A stretch of DNA of 39,017 bases from Candidatus Onthoplasma sp. Its GTDB lineage: Bacteria > Bacillota > Clostridia > Christensenellales > UBA1242. A program made the position numbers and the translations under genes. Location of the stretch: assembly GCA_045538675.1 (NCBI GenBank), contig JAZSRW010000041.1, positions 1 through 39,017 on the forward strand, written 5' to 3'. Positions within the stretch are counted from its first letter, which is position 1. Each line of letters opens with the position of its first letter. Of the stretch, positions 6,907 through 15,713 are shown piece by piece. Below the pieces are notes generated by a model, which worked only from the letters and a program-made list of their open reading frames with translations, had not been told where the DNA came from and ran no database searches.

Positions 6907-7164
6907 TTAGTATTCTTGTGTTTCAGTAATTTCGCCGTTTTCTTCGGCAGGGATTTCCTCTGGCACTTCTACTTCAACATTAATTAAATGAGAAGTTTCG
7001 TTGATAATGTTGTTAAGAACTTCGTTTTCCGCTTTAAATTCTTCTTCAACACGTGCCTTTATTTTTTCTTCAAGACCTTCTTGTTGTTCCAAAGCCATTT
7101 CATAATACTTTTCGTATCCAACCTTTGCAACACGTCTTTGTTCGATTTTAATAGCCATTTCCAT
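6907..7164 (-). CDS. Acidic 85-aa hypothetical protein
   Basis: The RBS AAGGAGG is very close to the first ATG, so the second ATG (7158) may be the true start. Confidence 0.6.
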   Translation of the reverse strand: MEMAIKIEQRRVAKVGYEKYYEMALEQQEGLEEKIKARVEEEFKAENEVLNNIINETSHLINVEVEVPEEIPAEENGEITETQEY

Positions 7165-7223
7165 TACCTCCTTTTATTAGATTTTATATGTTAATGCACT
7201 CCCTAGATGCGATTAACCAAACC

Positions 7224-7760
7224 CTAGTGTCTAATAACACCTATCAGTATCGGCACTAATGTAATCGTCAAGTAAAGCAACAAGGCAATCACACCTGCTA
7301 TCCAAGTTTTCTTAATGCCTACGGACAACTTCTTTGCCACAAAGATAACTGGCATAAACGTAAATGAGCCAATGAACAGCCAAATCGCAAGCATTACACT
7401 ATAACCAACAGCCATAAACTTAACTGCCCAAATAGGCGTTGTCTTTTCGTTAAAGCCATAACTTTCACACGCATCTTTTTGGTTGTTAAATACAGCCTCT
7501 TTATGTTCTGTGTCAACTTGTGTGCTTATTGTTTGCATTTTGGTTTCGGTGTATATCTTTGCAGTTCCAAGCACTTGATTTTTTAAGTCATCATTATTCT
7601 TGACTTGGTGTTGAATTGCTTGCTCAAACATATTCTCAACCAAAGCATCTTTGCTATCAACAACAGCAACTTCTTGTTTTGGTTTTTCATCAAAGATTGT
7701 CATTTCTTGCTTTTGCTTCTCTTCAACCGCCTTTTGCAATTCTTGGATTTCCCTATCCAT
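7224..7760 (-). CDS. Protein with a soluble N-terminal half and 3 C-terminal TM helices
   Basis: ATG 7760 follows AAAGGAGGG (the track start at 7766 is GTG). The C-terminus includes WAVKFMAVGYSVMLAIWLFIGSFTFMPVIFVA...IAGVIALLLYLTITLVPILIGVI. Confidence 0.7.
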   Translation of the reverse strand: MDREIQELQKAVEEKQKQEMTIFDEKPKQEVAVVDSKDALVENMFEQAIQHQVKNNDDLKNQVLGTAKIYTETKMQTISTQVDTEHKEAVFNNQKDACESYGFNEKTTPIWAVKFMAVGYSVMLAIWLFIGSFTFMPVIFVAKKLSVGIKKTWIAGVIALLLYLTITLVPILIGVIRH

Positions 7761-7773
7761 AAGCACCCTCCTT

Positions 7774-8136
7774 TTATTGTTGTTTTATTTTTGCCTTACA
7801 TTGTTCAACGTACTCGTTGTATTCAGCAAATTCTTGTGGCTTACTATCTCTTTGCCTCAATATTGCCAATTCTTGATTTATATTATATTTCTTACGTATT
7901 TCCGCAACTACTTTATTTTCATAGTCATTAATTTTTTCTCTCTCTTTTCTAGCATTGTATTTATCAACACTAAATGTCAAATCGCTATTAAAGTCACTTC
8001 CTTGACAATCAAGATAAGCCTCTCCAATGTCTATAATTTTAAAGTTATATGGTTCTTTGGTGTAATCAATATCACCACGCAACTTTTTGTCAATATAAAT
8101 TGTTCCGTTTGCCTCTTTCCTAATTGCAATATCCAT
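7774..8136 (-). CDS. Hypothetical protein downstream of the receptor-binding genes
   Basis: RBS is GAGGGGG. 120 aa, with no motif recognised with confidence. Confidence 0.65.
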   Translation of the reverse strand: MDIAIRKEANGTIYIDKKLRGDIDYTKEPYNFKIIDIGEAYLDCQGSDFNSDLTFSVDKYNARKEREKINDYENKVVAEIRKKYNINQELAILRQRDSKPQEFAEYNEYVEQCKAKIKQQ

Positions 8137-8137
8137 A

Positions 8138-9034
8138 TTAGTACACCCCCTCTATCTTATATACAACAAAATTCGTAGTATTGTTCTCTTGTGTAAAGTT
8201 AGTACCTTGAGAAATACCACATTGTCTATGCATAAATGCAGTCTTATCTAAACTTACTTGAGAAGCAGAAGTGATGAAGTGCATTCCATATTGGTCGTAT
8301 AATTGCCATACTCCAGTACTTCCATATTCAGCCACTTTTGGTAATTTTAAATCGATAGAGTATTGTAGATTTTGGCTAAAATTTCTAGTGTAATAGATTA
8401 TTAATTTGTTATATTTACTAAAGTTTTTACCACTAACAGTTGTTCCGCCTTGTATTCCACTGGTATATCCCCAGTTTTTAGAACTGGAAGAACTCGTCAT
8501 ATCGTAAACAACTTCAGTTATGTTTATATTTACTTTTATATTTGATAATTCGGTGTTTGCAAAATCTTCTCCTAAATTATAAATACTTCCACTAATTAAT
8601 TCTGCAGTTCTAACTACATTGCTAATTGTACCATCAGTATTTTGTGTAAATGTTCCTATCTCTAATTGATAAGTACCACTTCCATTAATATCAAGATTGT
8701 CTTGCACTAAAGTAGTAGCATTATTTTGTACTATTAACTCAAATATAACGTTATCTCCATCAACTTGGATTTGTCCTATTAATGATTGTTTTGTTGCAGT
8801 TTGTGGTTTATTAGTAAACGTTCTATTTTCGTTTTCATCTATAACCACCCTATGCCCGCATATTCTTAATTCGCCTGGTTCTAATGTCAAAGTATTACTA
8901 GTTCCGTAAAGATTACCCTCATTTAACGCACCTTTAACAATACCACTTCTACGCCCAGCATTAAAGTTATTATCTCTAGCACCATCAATATTGGTATTTT
9001 CTATTCCGTTTTTTGTTAATATTCTAACACCCAT
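8138..9034 (-). CDS. Receptor-binding protein candidate, paralog 2 (298 aa)
   Basis: RBS is GGAGGG. The N-terminal about 140 aa align by eye with 9043..9939 (IEN..., NTLTLEPGELRICGHRVVID vs NTFTINSGRLVLQGVECDID; GTISNVV vs GLISNVV). The C-terminal halves differ. Confidence 0.5.
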   Translation of the reverse strand: MGVRILTKNGIENTNIDGARDNNFNAGRRSGIVKGALNEGNLYGTSNTLTLEPGELRICGHRVVIDENENRTFTNKPQTATKQSLIGQIQVDGDNVIFELIVQNNATTLVQDNLDINGSGTYQLEIGTFTQNTDGTISNVVRTAELISGSIYNLGEDFANTELSNIKVNINITEVVYDMTSSSSSKNWGYTSGIQGGTTVSGKNFSKYNKLIIYYTRNFSQNLQYSIDLKLPKVAEYGSTGVWQLYDQYGMHFITSASQVSLDKTAFMHRQCGISQGTNFTQENNTTNFVVYKIEGVY

Positions 9035-9042
9035 ATACCCTC

Positions 9043-9939
9043 CTATTCAACAACCTTATATATTGAAAATATAGTCATAGGCAAGCCACCGCCCACAGAT
9101 GTTTCGTTTGACCTTATTGTTGAAGTTCTACAGCCTGCATTTGTTAAGTAATTAGAGTAAACAAACAAATTAGCACCATATATATCAATTTGACTTTCTG
9201 TGTGATAAACATCTCCTATCTTTAAAATGTCAAATCCAGCATTTTTGGTTAAATCAACTTTAAATTTTGCATAACTCATAGGGTCTTTTTGTAAATATCT
9301 ATAGCAGATTTCTACTATATCTCCAGTATTAACTTGTTCATTAAAGTCTATTCTTTGTGTTGATGTTGAAGAACCAGTGCTATTTCCACTCCATAACAAT
9401 TTCTTTTGTGGTATTATAATATCTCCGTACTTTAACACACCATTTTCATCTAGTCTAAATGGTATAGAATATTCGCAAGCCTTAACCACTTTAACCACAT
9501 TACTAATTAGTCCATTGGTTGCCTCACAAGTAAATAACACCATTCTAGCAGTGCCAATCTTATTAGCAGTTAAATCATCTCCAGCATCTACACTTGGAGT
9601 TCCTAGCATATCATAAGCCACAAATATATCACTTGTATTTGTCGCTAAATTCACTTCTAAATATATAGCACAATATCTTTTCGTAGAGTTAATATCAATA
9701 GCAACAGAGTGTTCTGTATCAATATCACACTCAACACCTTGTAATACTAGCCTACCACTATTAATTGTAAAAGTGTTTCCATTAATATTATATGCTTCAG
9801 TATCTATTCCTGTTCCAATTCTGCCACGACCTATTACATACCCATTTTGATTAGCATACGCATATCTAATTGGCATAAAATCGTCAACATTTTCAATATT
9901 AGGTGTTTCGCTTGGCTTTCTAACCATTTCAACTGCCAT
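9043..9939 (-). CDS. Receptor-binding protein candidate, paralog 1 (298 aa)
   Basis: RBS is AGGAGAA. It sits directly downstream of Tal with its own promoter. The N-terminal shoulder-like region is shared with 8138..9034. Confidence 0.5.
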   Translation of the reverse strand: MAVEMVRKPSETPNIENVDDFMPIRYAYANQNGYVIGRGRIGTGIDTEAYNINGNTFTINSGRLVLQGVECDIDTEHSVAIDINSTKRYCAIYLEVNLATNTSDIFVAYDMLGTPSVDAGDDLTANKIGTARMVLFTCEATNGLISNVVKVVKACEYSIPFRLDENGVLKYGDIIIPQKKLLWSGNSTGSSTSTQRIDFNEQVNTGDIVEICYRYLQKDPMSYAKFKVDLTKNAGFDILKIGDVYHTESQIDIYGANLFVYSNYLTNAGCRTSTIRSNETSVGGGLPMTIFSIYKVVE

Positions 9940-9956
9940 ACATTTCTCCTATAATT

Positions 9957-9985
9957 ATAATATCATATTTTTCGTTTAAAGTCAA
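9957..9985 (-). promoter_or_regulatory. Sigma-A-type promoter, class II, inside the tail module
   Basis: The reverse complement reads TTGACT TTAAACGAAAAATATGA TATTAT, immediately after the stop at 9986. Confidence 0.5.
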
Positions 9986-11026
9986 TTAAACAAAGTCTAA
10001 ACCAGTAAATCTATATCCTATTTGACACTCGTACAGCCCACTTGAGTTATATCGCAACTCTCCGCAAGGCAAATCCTTGTATTTTTCTTTACCTCTAGCC
10101 ACATATACACTAAAGTTAGTTTCAAAACTTGGATTGATATTTTGCGTTGTTATATCGATATTCTCATTAAACATTGAATTTGTTAGTTCCGTTAATGCTT
10201 GCAAATCAGCATCTTGCTTGCTTTCATTACTAACAACAATTCTTTTCTTGATAGGATATATATCTCTTTTTGTTTTATCAACTGTTATTTCGTTTTTGCT
10301 TGTCAATATCCAAGAGTTATCACTAGCAACTAAACTACCAGTTTCTTCATCTTGATAATATCCTTGACATTCGTTAGTGTCAGCAACCCACTTTCCGTAG
10401 TTACGTATTCCATATTCCCAAAGTCGTATATTTATATTTCTTTGCATTGTTTTACCAAACTTAAACACAATTCTTTTTTCTATTAAGTCAATACTTGTGT
10501 CTAAATACAAATTATAAACCTTTAAATATGGTTGTAAAGTATCCCAACAATTAGCCACACCAACATCAGCAGTAGTGTCAGGCACATAATCGCCTAATTC
10601 CACATCATCAATTTCACTAATATCTAGTACATAATCTAAACTATTTTGATTTACATACGTATTCCATAACGCAAATAACCCAACCACTATTTGCGACACT
10701 TTTGTAAAACCGCTTGCATTTATACTATTCCAATTCAAAATAATATCACTTGATAGCAAACTCTTTAAATCTGTACCAGTTATTTCAGTCTTGTTTTCTT
10801 CATTTAATTGTGGTATACCCGCAAGGCAACCATAAACATAGTTACCTGCGTTATTTTTAACCACTAGAAAAGTTGGCTGTATATCTTCCGTAAACGCCTC
10901 ACACACACAACTTAAATCGTTCATTTCAACTGGACGTTTGATAAGAGAATAACTACTATCATCAATAACTAAACTCGCATTATTTTGCAAACCTCTAAAA
11001 TCTTTGTTATAAAAAGACACAATCAT
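9986..11026 (-). CDS. Tail-associated (Tal/baseplate hub-like) protein, 346 aa
   Basis: Called by position after Dit. ATG 11026 overlaps the Dit stop (ATGA). No lysin domain was recognised. Confidence 0.55.
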   Translation of the reverse strand: MIVSFYNKDFRGLQNNASLVIDDSSYSLIKRPVEMNDLSCVCEAFTEDIQPTFLVVKNNAGNYVYGCLAGIPQLNEENKTEITGTDLKSLLSSDIILNWNSINASGFTKVSQIVVGLFALWNTYVNQNSLDYVLDISEIDDVELGDYVPDTTADVGVANCWDTLQPYLKVYNLYLDTSIDLIEKRIVFKFGKTMQRNINIRLWEYGIRNYGKWVADTNECQGYYQDEETGSLVASDNSWILTSKNEITVDKTKRDIYPIKKRIVVSNESKQDADLQALTELTNSMFNENIDITTQNINPSFETNFSVYVARGKEKYKDLPCGELRYNSSGLYECQIGYRFTGLDFV

Positions 11027-11865
11027 AGTAGATATTCCCTCCAACCTCCAACTAAACTAAAGTTAGTTCCGCCAGCATAGTCGTTAACTGATATTGTGCT
11101 TTTACCTCTTTTTGCTAATAAGTACGTATCCCATTGTGGATTAACATAAGGTGTCCAGTCCTCTAAGTTACCATTAACATCTTTTTTATATATTTTCTTT
11201 TGTGCAGAGTTTATAATCAATGTTTCGCTATCTTTCAATTCTTCTTCAAACTCAACCCTTGTATAGACATTTCCATTTTCATCTAATAATTGTATTAGCG
11301 GTTTATCTAAAGCACCTGTTATTGTTATCGTTATAGGTATCTCTTTTAAGTATTTATTAAATATTTCATTATTTGTAACACTCTTACCACCATAACTATA
11401 CGGATAACTAAACGGATACCTTTTACCATAACTCAATGGTTTGTATATCAAGGTATTCTCTTTTATTAAAAATGAATTGCTTGTGGTTTCAAAAGTTAGT
11501 TTTTGTATCAACGTGTTATAATATTGCCTTTCAGTTTTAGTTAATTCAACAACCTTACCAACATAATACCTATTAAATTGAGTGTCATTATATTCCAGAG
11601 CCATTGTATGATCAGTTGTAGAATATTGTTGTATCCAGCCAGCCAAACTATTTGCTTGTGAATAACCATTATCTTCAACAACGTCCATTTGAATTACTTG
11701 TTTTTGATGTTTGACTTTAGTTATCACATTTTCATCTTCCGTTTCTATAGCAGATAAGCCCAACTTAAAACCTAGTCCACTTGGATTTTGGACTAGTCCT
11801 AAATTATATCTATCAATTATTTTATCTTGCAAATCTAAAACAACAAGAGCAAAATTTCTTACCAT
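11023..11865 (-). CDS. Distal tail protein (Dit-like)
   Basis: 280 aa, immediately after the tape measure. This is the typical siphovirus order TMP-Dit-Tal. Confidence 0.6.
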   Translation of the reverse strand: MVRNFALVVLDLQDKIIDRYNLGLVQNPSGLGFKLGLSAIETEDENVITKVKHQKQVIQMDVVEDNGYSQANSLAGWIQQYSTTDHTMALEYNDTQFNRYYVGKVVELTKTERQYYNTLIQKLTFETTSNSFLIKENTLIYKPLSYGKRYPFSYPYSYGGKSVTNNEIFNKYLKEIPITITITGALDKPLIQLLDENGNVYTRVEFEEELKDSETLIINSAQKKIYKKDVNGNLEDWTPYVNPQWDTYLLAKRGKSTISVNDYAGGTNFSLVGGWREYLL

Positions 11866-11867
11866 AT

Positions 11868-12902
11868 CTATCTTCCTTTCGCTTGTATTTGTGTTGACAA
11901 TATTCTACTTACTTCATTTGCTATTTCTCTAGCATTGGCATCTTTTGCCTCAATGGTTATTGTTGTGTTGTTAGTTACATTAGAATTACTTGAGTTGTTT
12001 GTAGAATAATTATAAGAATTATCTCCTACTAAAGTTCCAGTATCCATTTTAAAACTATCTAGGTTTAATGTAGGTATTTTTATTCCAACCTTTCCTAGTA
12101 ACTTGTTTAGCACTTTAGGTATTATATTTATAACACCCTCACTAACCGCCAATCCCAAGTTCCAACCGACCTTATACCAATCAAAGTCAAATATTATATC
12201 TATAGCGACATCTACTAACTCACTTATTAAATCTCCAACTATTTGTGGAGCAAGTTTCACTAGTGACGATACTAATTGCAATAAAAATTTTGCAGTAAAT
12301 CTAACAGCAGTCGGCAAGTGTTGTTCTATAAATGCACCAACCCTTTCAAAGTACGCACTTAATTGTTGTTCGCTATCTTCATTCCCAGCCAATAACCCAG
12401 TCAATACTGCTTGAAATTGATATTTTAATTGCGATATTTGGTCACCCAACATATCCGCCCTATCAATAACATCATTCTCAAGTATAATGCCCATTTCTTT
12501 AGCATTGGCTATCATTTCTTGATATTCTTCATTTGATAATCCTAATACTTCCGCATAACTTTGCCCTGAACTTCTTGCCTTTCGCAATACCCATTCAGCA
12601 TTTTTACCACTTTCTTGTGCAATATAGTTTAACTCTTGCACGTTTTGATAAGTTGTTTCATACACTTGAGCCAAGTCCTTAATACTTCCAGCATATTCGG
12701 TTGTATTGTACATTAACTCGCCCATTTTCTTAATAGTACCAACTATTGCAGTTCTTACAGCCACCCAACCTAATGCTGTATTTAAGGTTGCCTTAACTGT
12801 TTCTTTATCAAACCCTTTTGCTTTTTCTTTTGCCTCTTGCAGTTGTACTGTGTATTCCTTATCATCTAATATAAGTTTTGCAGTTAAATTCATTATATTC
12901 AT
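11868..12902 (-). CDS. Tape measure protein (short, 344 aa)
   Basis: Follows the G/GT chaperone pair. It is helical with hydrophobic central segments (LPTAVRFTAKFLLQLVSSLVKLAPQIVGDLI). Confidence 0.7.
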   Translation of the reverse strand: MNIMNLTAKLILDDKEYTVQLQEAKEKAKGFDKETVKATLNTALGWVAVRTAIVGTIKKMGELMYNTTEYAGSIKDLAQVYETTYQNVQELNYIAQESGKNAEWVLRKARSSGQSYAEVLGLSNEEYQEMIANAKEMGIILENDVIDRADMLGDQISQLKYQFQAVLTGLLAGNEDSEQQLSAYFERVGAFIEQHLPTAVRFTAKFLLQLVSSLVKLAPQIVGDLISELVDVAIDIIFDFDWYKVGWNLGLAVSEGVINIIPKVLNKLLGKVGIKIPTLNLDSFKMDTGTLVGDNSYNYSTNNSSNSNVTNNTTITIEAKDANAREIANEVSRILSTQIQAKGR

Positions 12903-12904
12903 AA

Positions 12905-13602
12905 TTATTTACCTCTTACTTTATTTAAAATGTTGCTTGTTATACTTTCAAAATTTTCTTCTTCTCGTTGCGATTTCTCAACTTCAAATATCTTATCTAA
13001 CATATCAAATAAAGCATTATCTTCGTTTGGCTTAACAATTCCTTTGAATATTAAATAACCACACTTACATAAAGTTTGTTTCTTTCTACTTTCGGTGTAC
13101 ATATACTGAAAGTAATGCACGAAATTTCCGTAGTACCCTCTATAATTACTTAACAAGTATGCAAGTTCATCTAATTCGACAAACTTGCTTATATAAAAAG
13201 CCTCAACAAATCTCGCATATTATCATTAGTCAATAATTTAAAATCTTCTAAAGTGTCTTTAAATGCCCTATCCTTATATGTTCCACGTGGAACGCAAAAT
13301 ATAGTATCTAAAATATTATATATGTTTTGAGGTTTCTTTATTACTAAAGTTTTAATTAAAGAATAAAACCTTTGTCCTACTTTCTCACGTATATACAATT
13401 CGCCTAATTCTTTTTTAGTCGCATTTTGATTAACACTTTCAGGATTAATTAGCATATTAGGAAATTCATCATCAGTTAGTATTTCCTTAATATCTTCCGC
13501 TATTTTACCAAAAGCAATCATTACTTCTTCGTTTGTACCATCAAAAATAGTTTTTTGTGGAGCAACATAATTATTTAATACCCTTTTCTTTTTACCAAAC
13601 AT
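12905..13602 (-). CDS. Tail assembly chaperone GT-like product via a putative -1 frameshift
   Basis: The -1 frame is open from 13219 to 12905 and overlaps the end of 13189..13602. A U5 run (CUUUUUAUAUAA) lies just before the G stop. Confidence 0.45.
13189..13602 (-). CDS. Tail assembly chaperone (G-like)
   Basis: Called by its position between the major tail protein and the tape measure. RBS is AGGAGAA. Confidence 0.6.
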   Translation of the reverse strand: MFGKKKRVLNNYVAPQKTIFDGTNEEVMIAFGKIAEDIKEILTDDEFPNMLINPESVNQNATKKELGELYIREKVGQRFYSLIKTLVIKKPQNIYNILDTIFCVPRGTYKDRAFKDTLEDFKLLTNDNMRDLLRLFI

Positions 13603-13614
13603 TATTTATTTCTC

Positions 13615-14157
13615 CTATTCTGCCTTTGCAATTTCTTGCATATAAAATGGCACTGTGTCTTGGTCTGCTCTTGTATAGTGTGCAGTTAGAGTTATAGAAC
13701 TTTCAAATTCGCCATTATGCGTAGTTCTCCAACTTAAACCACCAGTAGACAAAGCATTACCTAAAAACATTACAATAGTTGCACCATCACTTCTTTCGCC
13801 AACCCAGTAATAATCTTTATAATCTTCATCTTTGATTTTGTGTCTTGGTGTAACCTTACCATCTTCAGTTATATCAGCAACACCCAAAGCCATTTGTGTT
13901 TTTTCTTTATCCATAGTCAATAGTGTAAATGCAAATGTAGGTCTCCAATCATCTATAACTTGGTTACCCATTGTGTTTTCTCTAGCACCATCAATTCCCA
14001 TACTTCTCATAGTTGCAGGAACTGAAATTGTACTACCACCTCTTGTTGCACCAATAATATGCTCATCAGCAATAGCATCAACAGTTGTAAATGTACTTAA
14101 TAATACACCAGCACCCAAACCTATTGTTTCAAATGCGTTTTCTGTAAATTTCTTCAT
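13615..14157 (-). CDS. Major tail protein
   Basis: 180 aa, upstream of the chaperones, with composition and size typical of siphovirus tail tube proteins. Confidence 0.65.
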   Translation of the reverse strand: MKKFTENAFETIGLGAGVLLSTFTTVDAIADEHIIGATRGGSTISVPATMRSMGIDGARENTMGNQVIDDWRPTFAFTLLTMDKEKTQMALGVADITEDGKVTPRHKIKDEDYKDYYWVGERSDGATIVMFLGNALSTGGLSWRTTHNGEFESSITLTAHYTRADQDTVPFYMQEIAKAE

Positions 14158-14158
14158 T

Positions 14159-14539
14159 TTACTTTATTCCTTTTTGATAAGTTTTTATTAGTAGATTAAC
14201 ATACCCAGCACGAATACTACTATCCTCGTCTGGTTTATCTTGATAAAATGGACTACCTTTCATTATCCAAACGTAACCCACATCTCCACTTAATTTGATA
14301 CCACTTTCTCCCACTGCTTGCTCTATCTTATCAACAATCTCCATAACGTATTTATAACTTGTTGATTGTGAATAAATAGTAATAGGTTGAATAACACCCT
14401 CTGCAAAGTTGCCTTGTACCAATGAATATTCAATATATTCGTTTGGTTGAGGATTATCGGCATCAAATTGTACTGGACTTCTATATGTTTCGGCAAATGT
14501 ACTTAACCAATTATATAATGTCTTTGCATAACTTTCCAT
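14159..14539 (-). CDS. Tail completion/terminator-like neck protein
   Basis: Called by position. TAATG overlap with the upstream gene. Confidence 0.5.
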   Translation of the reverse strand: MESYAKTLYNWLSTFAETYRSPVQFDADNPQPNEYIEYSLVQGNFAEGVIQPITIYSQSTSYKYVMEIVDKIEQAVGESGIKLSGDVGYVWIMKGSPFYQDKPDEDSSIRAGYVNLLIKTYQKGIK

Positions 14540-14907
14540 TAGTTTACCACCCTTAAATCAGGACTAAACAAAGTTCCAGTCATATATTTCCAATCTTTTT
14601 GCCCAGACGTTTCAGGCGTGTATGTTGGATTGCTATTGATCCTTATAAACACCCTTGTATTGTCTTCATTAACAAACATAATAACATCAGTATTTTGTAG
14701 CGGTATGTCTTTTGGAACTCCAATAGTATATTGCTCGCCAACCATACCCCTAATACCTGCTATTATTTGTTCATTAGACGTACTCTTTGTTGCCTTGCCT
14801 TTAAACACTTCGCCTATTGCATAAACATATTCAAATCCGCCAGTTCCATCAGGTTGTCTTATTTTTTCAACAAACCATAAATCGTGGAAATAATCTTCAA
14901 AAGCCAT
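14539..14907 (-). CDS. Head-tail joining (head closure-like) protein
   Basis: Called by position and size (122 aa) in the neck module. Confidence 0.5.
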   Translation of the reverse strand: MAFEDYFHDLWFVEKIRQPDGTGGFEYVYAIGEVFKGKATKSTSNEQIIAGIRGMVGEQYTIGVPKDIPLQNTDVIMFVNEDNTRVFIRINSNPTYTPETSGQKDWKYMTGTLFSPDLRVVN

Positions 14908-14908
14908 A

Positions 14909-15313
14909 TTATTCTCCCTTTAATATTTTTTTAGCCACTCCCTCAAGTTGTGGCTTTGCTCTACTTGTTCCGTTTTCTATAAACTTTCTCGCCCTTTGTT
15001 TGCTTGTTCCACTATTTACATAACTCGCATATTCAACATTACTACCATAAACAACTGTATTATCTTCCCTTACACCTTGTATAAAGTCATCACTTTTATT
15101 TGCAGGCGTTGGATTTTTATAATCATCATAAGGTGTAGAATAACTTATTGATCCTCTTAATCTCCCAGTGTCTACAACCTTGTCTACGGTCATTGTGTCA
15201 TATATCGCCTTATATAGTTCGTTACCCCAAGCATTTAACAATTCAGGTTTCTTGCGTTCCAACTCGGCAAGCAATTGTGGTGTGTTATCTTCAATCGTAA
15301 ATTCAACACTCAT
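14909..15313 (-). CDS. HK97 gp10-family neck/tail component
   Basis: Contains DTGRLRGSISY and VVYGSNVEYASYVNSGT, resembling the gp10-family TGxLRxSI ... YAxxVExGT motifs. Confidence 0.65.
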   Translation of the reverse strand: MSVEFTIEDNTPQLLAELERKKPELLNAWGNELYKAIYDTMTVDKVVDTGRLRGSISYSTPYDDYKNPTPANKSDDFIQGVREDNTVVYGSNVEYASYVNSGTSKQRARKFIENGTSRAKPQLEGVAKKILKGE

Positions 15314-15327
15314 AACATCTCCTAATT

Positions 15328-15356
15328 AAAAAGGCAAGAGATTTTATTCTCCCGCC
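15328..15356 (-). terminator. Partial terminator after the capsid/adaptor genes
   Basis: Minus-strand GGCGGGAGA-AUAAAA-UCUCUUGCC forms 9 bp including 2 G-U pairs, followed by U5. Confidence 0.5.
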
Positions 15357-15363
15357 CTTAATA

Positions 15364-15702
15364 TTAGTTGATTACCTTAACAATGCCCACAGGAGAATAT
15401 TTATTGCCCAAGTATAATTCTAAAATTTCACTAATCTTCTTTGATTGTGTACTAGCATCAACTGTTCCATAACTCACTGAATAAGCATTTGGAATTGTTT
15501 CGCTAGAGATATTCCCTTGCTTATTTATTCCTTGCAAATATTCACTTAATTCACACTCGCAAGCCATACTATCCGCATCTACAACGTTTGTGTATTGGCG
15601 AATATATCGTCCTGCCTTTTGTGATAAATATTTGTATTCTTCAGCAGTTTTGATTTTTGTGCCACCATACTCATTCAAATAATATTCAAAACTTGCAAAC
15701 AT
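15364..15702 (-). CDS. Head-tail adaptor/connector protein
   Basis: 112 aa, directly after the major capsid gene. RBS is AGGAGC. Confidence 0.5.
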   Translation of the reverse strand: MFASFEYYLNEYGGTKIKTAEEYKYLSQKAGRYIRQYTNVVDADSMACECELSEYLQGINKQGNISSETIPNAYSVSYGTVDASTQSKKISEILELYLGNKYSPVGIVKVIN

Positions 15703-15713
15703 TATCTATGCTC

